A stretch of 64,000 nucleotides of DNA from Lama glama. Its lineage: Eukaryota. The stretch is from the NCBI GenBank assembly GCA_028534125.1, contig CM052818.1, positions 32,490,001 to 32,554,000 of the forward strand. The letters are read 5' to 3'. Positions 54,621 through 64,000 of this stretch are shown one piece after another. Position 1 is the stretch's first letter. The number at the start of each line of letters is the position of its first letter. The notes beneath the pieces are model-generated. The model had not been told where the DNA came from. It did not search any database and worked only from the letters and a program-made list of their open reading frames with translations. Made by a program: the position numbers and the translations under genes.

Positions 54621-55433
54621 AATAAAAGTAAAGTCCTATGTCAAGACGCAAAAGGAAGAAACTTGGCATAAAGCTCTGTTCGAGCCAATGACACAGTGCG
54701 GTCACCAGAACTGCCTGAGCAGCCTGAGCCTGGACTTGTACCGAGAGGCAGTGGTTCTGCTCTCTACCCACTGGCCAGGAGGGGCCCGGGGACCTGCAGC
54801 GGGAGGAGGCGGCGAAGGGACTGGAGACCGAGTTGGACTCTGACAGCAGCAGGGAAGCCCCAGACAGACCTGCGAGGAGAGCCCAGGTGTGCCACTTAGA
54901 AACTGCAGCTGTGCACCAACGCCTGTGCCTCCTCATTCATAAATTGAGGATGGCCATGGCAGTACCTATCCCACAGGTTTACTTTGAGAACTAAATGAAA
55001 TAAAGTATGTAAAGCCTTTAATAGTACTCCAAATAGGAAGTATAACATGTTTTGACATCTGAGATATTATTCTATTAGGCTTAGACTAGAAAAGAGAGAA
55101 GAAAGGTAACAGACCGTACAGTTTCCAAGAATCTGAGGATCTATCACAAAGTTCTACGAGCCTTATAGGAGGGGTTGGAGGCCTTAGTAACAGGAGGAAG
55201 AGAAGTCAGTACAGACAAGAAGAAGGGCAGGTGCACGAGGAGAAAGGCAGCGGTCAGAGTAGGCGGGTGGATGGGAAGGAGGTGGGGGGCTGCGGGAGAC
55301 AGGGGAGGGGGCAAGTGGTTCAATCTGACTGAAGTATAGGGTTCCTTCTACACATTTAAAAACAGCAAATCTACTTACAAACAAACCAAGATAAAAAACA
55401 CCAAGAAAGCCTGGTTGAAAAAGCCATAGATAC

Positions 55434-55577
55434 CAGCACTGGCTCTAGACGAGACAGAAGGGCTTTTGCTCACTGTCTTCCTGTTACCGCCACGTGCATT
55501 CAGCTTCTTGGGGTGGCCCTGCTTGTGTTCCAGAGACGATGTAGAGGAGGAGCTGCTGATTGATCCAAGAAAGGTCG
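55434..55577 (-). CDS. CLIP4: CLIP4 internal exon (exon 11 equivalent), Ser-rich linker
   Basis: gttttag|: (A)TFLGSISSSSSTSSLEHKQGHPKKLNARGGNRKTVSKSPSVSSRASA(G)|gtatct. 144 bp, phase 1/1. Confidence 0.9.
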
Positions 55578-56366
55578 CTAAAACGGGTGAAAGAAAAGGA
55601 TATGTTGGAAAGGATATGTTGGAGGGCAGAAAATAAGAAGTGAATCAACGAGACGCTTTTCCAGGTTAGTGCCTTCTGACACTCTCCATTTAGCTTCCCC
55701 AGCTGTGGATTCCCCAGTGTTGAATTAAATGCCTGATTTCATCCAAATATATTGCAGTTCATATGTACAAGATTTTATAACTTCAAGCAACTGTAAGGAT
55801 ACAAAGGACCCACACTACATGATGATATTATGCAGAAGAGTGTTGTCTCATCATTAACTTAGACCAACCACCTATTCTAACCACTGTCTCTCACCTCTCA
55901 TTTTAGATGAGTTAACAGAATCACATCTTATTTATATTTTAAAAAAACATTATTCATTTCAAGGTAACACTGGCTTAATATTAAAATGTTCTGAGATAAC
56001 CTGAAGGCAAGCGGGAACACTTTTGAGTTTTCTATTCATGCCCTATTCACCCAACAAGTTGACAGCTAAAGGCAATTTTACTTTTATTAAGCCATCTACA
56101 CTATGGAATCTCCTTTTATTCGCTTAACCTAATCCAGTAATTCTCTAATTTAAGTGTACATAAGTATCATAACACAGGATTTTATACAAAAACACATATA
56201 TATACTTTGAGCTTGTGTAGAGGATTTTCAAGGATAAATTTTTGCTGTAATGATTCTTCCCTTACAAACTTTAAAATTTAGCCCCCATGTCAGCTATATC
56301 ACTGTACTATTTTAAAATTCCATCAGTGAATTAAATTTTGAGAACAGACATTATAAATTGTATTAC

Positions 56367-56456
56367 CATCTTTCTCTGTTCCAGTTTTCAAGTCTTCACC
56401 AGGAGGCAACGAAAGTGTTGATTCTGAAGCACTGTCTCTTTTTGATGTCATTAATC
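56367..56456 (-). CDS. CLIP4: CLIP4 internal exon (exon 10 equivalent)
   Basis: ttccag|: (G)LMTSKRDSASESTLSLPPGEDLKTGTEKD|gtaata. 90 bp, phase 1/1. Confidence 0.92.
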
Positions 56457-57223
56457 CTGGAACACAGAAACAAAAGAATTTTGTTTAACATTAAACATAA
56501 AAGTATATTCACTGTTAAAGTAAAGCCATCCCTCATTTTCTAAATCTTGTCCACTTCTGAAAACTTGTTGGCTAATAAATTCAGACAGCAGGGGCCAATA
56601 TTTCACTATTTAAAGAAGAAAGAAAAGAATGCATTCCCAGCCCATCTGAAAACCCCGGTTTCTCCAAATATCACTAAAGTGTTTCTTAAACCTTAAAATC
56701 CACTAAGAAATTCTAAATAATAGAAAGCATTTAAAACACAGCTCCCTAACTGTCTGATACTTACTGCACTCGTTAGTAAAATGAGGTAAAGAAACCTCAT
56801 CCAGTTACGACCTGCAAACAACTCATGATTTCACTGGTGTACGCAGGCAAATTCCCTGTCGCAGACTGTCTATTTAGATAGTGAATTTGGGGTAAAATTT
56901 TCTGGAAATGATTTGAACAATTATTTATGTAAGTGTGAGTCAGACAGTAAGAAGCTCTGTACTGTGCCACTGGTATTCTGAAAATGACTACCCCGAATCT
57001 CACCACACCCAACTCCCATTAAAAAAACAAACTCATTTTGAAAAAGAAAGAGCTTGTGAATAATACTCTACCAAGATTTCTATTTCAATTCTACAGAACC
57101 AAGTTACTGAAGTAAGAAACCTAACAGGCTGCACCCAGTTTTAAATTTCATCAAGCATCAGTTCCAACTCCACTCACTTATGAAGCATTCTTGGTGAAAA
57201 ACTGAGCTTGGCACTCTGAGCAT

Positions 57224-57228
<5 letters not shown>

Positions 57229-57255
<27 letters not shown>
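57229..57255 (+). repeat. (AC)n microsatellite
   Basis: Perfect AC dinucleotide run. Confidence 0.9.
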
Positions 57256-57819
57256 AGCCATGGTCCTAGCCTTAAAGGAAGACCTTTTCAGTTTGGTGTG
57301 GTAGAAAGGCATGACACAATAATTGGGGCTACAAAGACAAATTAATGCATCAACAGGATCATGTTCCGATGTGGGTCTTGATAGGTCAGATTTCTTCCAG
57401 AGAATACTGGAGGTATAATCAGAAAAAACTGAGGGCAGGCATTACAGATGGACAAAAAGAAAAAACACAAAGACAGGGTCAGAGAAGGATGAGCAGCTTG
57501 GCTGGAATAAAGTGCACTCTGGGGACGTGGGAGAAGCAGACAGGGTAGACAGGTCATGGTAACATCTTAGAGGGCGACAGTGCCGGCCAAGGACCTGGAG
57601 CTCTTCAATAAGAAACAAGCCTCTGATGGGCTTTGAGGAGCAGGACTCGGATGAACAGTCACAGGTGAGTAACATGACCCCGACAGCAAAGTGCAGAAGG
57701 AAAGAAAAAAGCAGAGGAGGAGAGACTGGAAGCAGAGGCCAGGGGTGAGGGCCAGAGCCACAACAGCGGAAACTGGAGGGAGGGGTGGGCAAGGGAGACT
57801 TTGTGAAGGCAACCCACAG

Positions 57820-60050
57820 AGCATATTTCTTATTTTCAGTTATGTTTTTCAGTTCTAAAATATCCATTTGGTTCTTTCCTTTTATTTGAATTTTTTGAGA
57901 TAACCAGAGATTCACATGCAGTTGTAAAGAAACGATACCGGGAGATCTCTTGCCCACTTTGGCCAGCTTCCCCCAAAGGTGACACTGTACAAAACCGTAG
58001 TATAGTATCACTACCAGGAGACTGACATCGATACAATCCGCCGTTCTTACATCACCTCCATCTTACCTGGACTCACGTGTGTGTGTTCACATGCATCCTT
58101 TGGTTCTTTGGTATATCATCATTTCTCTGCTGAAACTTTCCATTTGTCTCAAGTATTCACCCTTAATTCTTAGAGGGTTCTAACTTGTTCTTTACAATCT
58201 TTATCTGGTAAATATCTATATCACCCCAGGGTTGACATCTTTGATTCTTTTTCCTAGTGATACGTTTGAGATTTCCCATATTTTGAGCAATAGTGAATTG
58301 CTTCCTGTACATTATGAATATTATTTTAAAGGACTCTGGCTTTTGTTTAAATCCTATAGAGAACGTTGATTGTTTTGTTTTGTTCTGCTTTAGCAGGCAT
58401 TCGACAGTTAGCAGGCAGTTAGGTTCAGGCTGGAAGTTCCTACCACTTTCTGTGACTGTGGTTCCAACAGTCAGTTGCTGAAGCCTATCTGGAGTCTGTC
58501 TCATGTGCTGTGCCTCCCAGTAGTTAATCTGAGCCCCGGGCAGTGGTCTGTGCAGGAGGCCACAGCCTGTGGTCAGAGCCCTGCACACATCACTTGGGAG
58601 TAAGCCCCGTCCACACCCACCACTCCGAGACCACTGTCTTGAGCTCCCTCTTCTCCACTGTCTCTGACACTTTCTTGCTCCCAGGAGGAAATATCTACCC
58701 CTTCCTGATATTCTGGGTAGAATGCCCAGGCTTTAAGCTCCCTGCTCTGTCATATAATCTTCTGAGATAGACTCCGCTTGTGGGGCCAAACAGTGTGAAA
58801 AAAGAAGAAAAACTAATAAGGATTCCACCCATGTTCTTGGGACCACAGTTTCTCTGACCAGAGACAAGAGTGCCCCTCCCATGGGGTTTCAGGTGCCTGG
58901 TCGTCCCTTGCTGCTGTTGCACTTACACCGTGCAGGGCTGCCTGGGGCCCAGGGAGTGAAAGAATCAAAGAAGTTAAAAAAAAAAAAAAAGGCAATCAAA
59001 ACAGAAAACAGGGATTTCTTCCACTTTCTGTCTAGTAGAAGACCCCTCTCCTGATCCTCCAGCCAGAAATAGAGAGCCTCTCTTTGAGCTTTCTTTCCAC
59101 GTCTGCTGTATACTTCTGGGTTTCAGGTTAAAAGGATACCATTTATATTAGCATCAAAAAGTACAAAGTACCAAGGAACAGACCTCACAAAACAGGTACA
59201 AAATATCTATAGAGAAAATTACAAAATTGTACTGAGGTATTTTTAGAGGACTCAACTAAATAAAGCAATACCCTAAAACTTATAATTAAAAGACTGAATA
59301 TTGTAAAGATGTCAGTTCTTCTCAAGTTGATTTAAGGTTCAAATGTAATACCAATTAATATTTCAGAAGACATTTTTATTTTTCATACTAAAAATAACAT
59401 TCTATTTGTCTGTTTATCTAGTAGTTAACTTTCTATAAAGGAGCAAAAATTATTTTGTGACAAATTTTTTTTGAGATATAATTTCAGTTTATGGTTGCAA
59501 AATAATATTTTCTTGCCCTGGGGATATATTTATCACCTTATTTATTTACTTTTCCTTTTTATTTTTTTTTTAAAGGATAGCTGACATACAATATTACATT
59601 AGTTTCAGGTGTACAACATCGGGATTTGACATTTACATTCATTACAAACTGATCACCCAGTAAGTCTAGTTACCATCTGTCACCACAAAGTTATCACAAT
59701 GTTACTGACTATATTCCATATGCTGTACATTATATCCCCGTGACTTCATTTTATAACTACAAGTTTGTGCTTCTTAATCCCATTCACTTATTTCGTGCAA
59801 GCCCTCACCCCTCTCTCAACAGTTTTTTAAGGAAACTTAACAGCTTATTCTAAAATTTATATGAAAATGTGATTCATAAAGACCAAACAGGCAAGACAGT
59901 GTTCATGAATAAGGTAGGAGGCCCTCCTCTACTAGATGGCAAGATTTATTTTTTAAAAAACGATAGTAATTATGAAGGGCAGTACTTACCACAGGGATAT
60001 TCAAACAGACCAATAGAACAGTACGGAAAGGCCAACCAAATTCTTGGACA
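57820..60050. mobile_element. Cluster of old L1 fragments on both strands, including an L1MA-type 3' end at about 59560-59815 (-)
   Basis: agattcacatgcagttgtaaagaaa; aatattgtaaagatgtcagttcttctcaa; acattagtttcaggtgtacaaca...ctagttaccatctgtcacca. Confidence 0.7.
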
Positions 60051-60900
60051 AAACCCTTTAATGACGGTAGAAAGCCTTTCTGCTTCCGCTACTGATGAGT
60101 TAGCAAGTGTTTACCAAGCATCTGTTTTGTGCTATGTGCTGCAGTGACTACAAAAGCACAAATACTCTCACAGTCCATTTAAAGTGTAAGATTTTACTGA
60201 GGAAATAAAAGACCTGCACAAATACAGCCATCAGAGGACAAAGCCCAGGACAACAAGTAGCAGTCAGGTGGTACGGGTGAGACCATGTACGATGTCAGAG
60301 AGGGAAGAGACCAAAGAGGGCTGGGGTCACCAGGGAGGTTTTCATGGGCAGCAGGGTCTGCATAAGGAAGTAAAGAAAAACTGAGACCCCAAAAGGCAAA
60401 AGTCAAATACTCCCCACAGACAAAGCATGAAGGGAAGAGCGATAACCACGTACACAAAAGGCAGTAAGACATGACAAACCGCAGCTCAACTACGAAGCAG
60501 GAAGAGACTCCATGAGAGAGAGGTCCCTGACCGCCAGGGCAAGAGTCGGACTTTTTCTGATAAGAAAGAATTCACTAAAATTCCTGAGCAAGTGAGAAAC
60601 ACAAAGCTAGTTGTGTTCTATACATATTCTTCAGAGGTACAAAATCGAGCTTTGAGGTTAGATTAGGGGGTGATAAAGGTATACAGATAGTAAGAAAGGA
60701 AAGGAAAAGTCTGAAATAGTCTTGTCAGGAATTAAAACCATAAACCATGACTGATGTTTAAAACCATGTAGTAGACAAGCTTTATTAAATTCAGGTTTCG
60801 CAGGGAGCTAACCAAAAAGCGTGGAGCACTTTAAATATAAGGCATTCCACTAATGAAATTAAAGTGTGGAGAAGACACCTAACTTTCTGATTTGACTTAC

Positions 60901-61041
60901 CAGTGTTTATTTTTGATGTTACGTGAGCTATGTCAATTTTCTGGGCCCTGATGAGAGGTGCAGCTTTTGTAGAAGGAGTGTGTGCTATATTCTTCCTTCG
61001 ATCTTTTGCTTTGCTTATCTTTGAAAGAGGTGCAAAAATAC
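60901..61041 (-). CDS. CLIP4: CLIP4 internal exon (exon 9 equivalent), end of first CAP-Gly domain and linker
   Basis: Minus strand cccttag|GT ATT TTT GCA...: GIFAPLSKISKAKDRRKNIAHTPSTKAAPLIRAQKIDIAHVTSKINT(G)|gtaagt. 141 bp, phase 1/1. Confidence 0.93.
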
Positions 61042-61379
61042 CTAAGGGAGAATGCAGAGTTTCAGTTCGTGTTAAACAATTAAGAGCATTTCAAATAAAG
61101 GGACAAGTACAACCATTCTTATTATAAATCCTTAAGGGCTTTCACAGTGTCTACCGGGTGCCCAGGAGAGAGACACAGTTAAAGAAGTCAAAAAACTTCT
61201 TGCCTATAAAGAGCAGGATTCAGGGTCACAAAGAGCAAGACAGGGGAGGGTTTAGTAGTTATTTTTAACAAGTATTATAATACAATCTGACTTATTAAAC
61301 TAGGTATATCTATTCACTTTGGTGATTATTAGAAGATATAAAAATGGTATTACCAAGTATTTAAAATTATTATAAAACT

Positions 61380-62400
61380 TTTATAATTGCCATAACTGAG
61401 AAGTAACCAAGATACCCTTTAGTAGATGACTAGTTAAACTGTGGTATATCCAGACAATGGAATATTTTCATGCTAAAAAGACCTGGGCTATCAAGCCATG
61501 AAAAGACATGGATGAAACTTAAATGCAAATCACTAAATAAAAGAAGCCAACTTGCAAAGGCTCCATCCCATATGAATCCAGCTATTGTCATCCTGGAAAA
61601 GACAAAACTATGGAGCCAGAAAAAAGACCAACTGTTGCCAGGGGCTGAGGTGAGGAGGGATGAATAGGGCAGTGAAAATACCCTATAATACAGCAGTGAC
61701 GAACACACGTCACTATACGTGTGTCCAAACCCACAGAATGTATGACACAAAGAGTGAACCCCTTAAGGTAAACTATGAACTTTGCATGCAAATAAACTCC
61801 AAATTGATTAAATAATATAGTATTTAAAAATTAAAACATTCAAAAAAAATATATAACCTGTAACTAATCCTTGGATTAGGAAGAACTATCTATTTTAGCA
61901 TAGAAGCAAGGTAAGAAACTATAAAGGAAAAATCTTTTAACTACAGAAAACTGTATGTCCAAAAACACTGCAAATTAAGTCCAAAGTCAAATGACAAACT
62001 GGGCAAAAATACCTATAACAAATATAAGGGCATAACATTCTAGATATGTATTTACATTTTTAAAAACTCTTATTTAAAAAAAACCCACTAATAACCCCAA
62101 TTTTTAATGGACATACAACATGAATAATTATTTTTTGGCAATTGCCAAGATAACAAAAAATACATATACTACAATGCAACATTTTAAATGTTTTATTTCA
62201 CCACAGAGAAATATGAATTCAAACAGAAATTTTCACCCATCAAATTGGAAAAATTAAAGGAAATGAAGCCATTAAAAATCACATTTTCAAACAATGTTTA
62301 AAGATTTGGGGGAATTATAGAATGGCAATCAAAAAAGTAGAATACATAACTATATACAATCCAAATTTTGCAGAAAAAAATACAGGTGATTTTATTTTCT
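61380..62400 (+). mobile_element. L1MC-type 3' fragments
   Basis: aaactgtggtatatccagacaatggaatatt...aagccatgaaaagacatgg...ccaaacccacagaatgta...gtaaactatgaactttg. Confidence 0.75.
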
Positions 62401-62559
62401 TTCTTTCTCCTTTTTTTAATGTTTTTTAGATCTAATACAATGGGATATTTTTAATAAAGAAAAAATTTTGAAACATAGACTCAAAAATGAGGCTCCCTTT
62501 GTATAACAAAAGGAAACTAGTGATTTTGATAAATTTATAAGTTACCAAATAGTTAATAT

Positions 62560-62790
62560 TTTAGGGGGTGCTTACAGGGAACCAACCACTATTCTAGGTG
62601 CTTTACATATTTATCAACACACTTAATTCTCACATGAACTCTTGAGGTATTGTTACCCTCATTCTGTAGAAGAAAACTGAGGCACAAGAAGAGAAAGAAG
62701 GTCCCACAGCTGGTAGGCAGAGCAGCAGATTCACACTCAAGCAGTCAGGCGCCAAAGCCCACGCCCTTCAACATTATACCACACTGCCTC
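62560..62790 (-). mobile_element. MIR SINE
   Basis: ctaggtgctttacatat...cattctgtagaagaaaactgaggcaca...aaggtcccacagctggtag. Confidence 0.75.
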
Positions 62791-63584
62791 CCCGTCAAGC
62801 CGCAAGATGAGATACCATGCAACCAGGGAAATTAATGTTCTACGAAAATACTTCACAGCAAGGAAAAATATTCACAACAGTGACAAAAGCAAACTGAAAT
62901 CAATGTGTTATGGCGTGTGTGTGTGAGAGCGAGAGAGAGCAAGAGAGAGCAAGTGGGGGGAGCATATAAAATTAAACAAACACTTGTCAGAGAAAGAATC
63001 ATCCCAGCCCCAGAGCACAGTAAAAACACGTTGGTGTCACTTGCTTCTCCAATTTTTCAAGTCTCTCAACCTCCAGAGCTCTATGTCCTTGGCAATAAAG
63101 AGTAAAATCTCTCCTTCAGTCACGACCCCGCCAAGAGCAGGGTTCAGGAAGGTCTACAGAGCTGGGCACACTCCCAGTAAGACCCCCTCTCCCATCACAG
63201 CACTGCTCACAGCCGGAAAAGGGCAGCCCCTGCTTTTATCATGTAAGTAACTGGGGAGATAGTTTTATTTTAAACTAATTTAAAATAATAGAAATTTACT
63301 CTTTTATCAATTCTCATTATATTTGATAATATCAATCTTACCGTATTTGGGGGCACATTTAAAGTACTGGACTTTCCCAACACTTCCATTGTTTTTTCCT
63401 TCTGGTTCATCCAATTCAATGCCAGCCCACTGCCCACTTGCAAATTCAGTTGTTCCACAAAATCTTAATGTTCCAACCTAAATAAAACATAAATTGGAGT
63501 AACTTTTGAGTATTACTAGTAATTCTAAGTGTCCTACTTTTACAACTTTATCATGGAAGTTTTTAAAAAAAATCTCTCAAAGTA

Positions 63585-64000
63585 GACTTCTGAAAAAGGA
63601 AAATATTACCAGGGATAAAAAGAGACCTTAAATAATCATACAAGTGTCAATGGACCAAGAAGGCCTAAGAATCCTAAACCTATATGCACCTAACAATTGA
63701 GCTTCAAAACATATGAAATAAAAACTGATAGAACTGAAGATAAACAGACAAATCCACAGTCACAGCTGGAGACTTCAACAAACCTCTCCCCATAATCAAT
63801 AGGCCCAGCAGGCAGAAAACCAGTGAGGATATAAGAAACTGAAAACTGAAACCAGCTATAAGCCAATTCAGCCTAACATTTATAAAATATTCCATCTGAA
63901 ACAGAATACAAATGTAAAAGAGTAGAAATCATACACAATATGCTCTTAGACCATAAAGGAATTAAACCAGAAATCACTAACAGAAAGATATATGGAAAAA
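63585..64000 (+). mobile_element. Old L1 ORF2 endonuclease-region fragment (runs off the window end)
   Basis: cctatatgcacctaacaa...agcttcaaaacatatg...gctggagacttcaac...gaccataaaggaattaaaccagaaatc. Confidence 0.8.

Noticed and set aside
57442..58011. 189-aa minus-strand ORF in a CLIP4 intron
   Set aside because: Begins in an L1 fragment, has low-complexity composition and is not needed for the continuous CLIP4 frame.

Overview
Mammalian genomic DNA, probably camelid (inferred from a Vic-1-like tRNA-derived SINE and the L1 3' ends). It contains two convergent genes. On + are the last four coding exons of ALK (human-numbered exons 26-29: C-terminal kinase lobe and cytoplasmic tail). On - are the last eight coding exons of CLIP4 (human-numbered exons 9-16: end of CAP-Gly 1, CAP-Gly 2 and CAP-Gly 3). 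All splice junctions are GT-AG and keep the reading frame. Introns are rich in transposons: a near full-length L1, a near full-length Tigger1, two ERV1-type solo LTRs with 4-bp TSDs, MaLR LTRs, MER5A, MER53, MER47, MER58, MIR, L2 and a SINE. No prokaryote-type system (CRISPR etc.) is present. The most interesting signals are: (1) a candidate CLIP4 read-through isoform spliced antisense across ALK exons 28-29; (2) a candidate in-frame alternative terminal exon of CLIP4; (3) two same-family L1s that each carry a different foreign 3' tail; (4) sharp CpG-island-like GC enrichment of both terminal coding exons, with a pure (GCG)8 poly-Ala run in ALK; (5) an inverted L1 pair in phase-matched introns of the two genes. 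Exon numbers, repeat family names and human comparisons are from memory and were not checked by database search.
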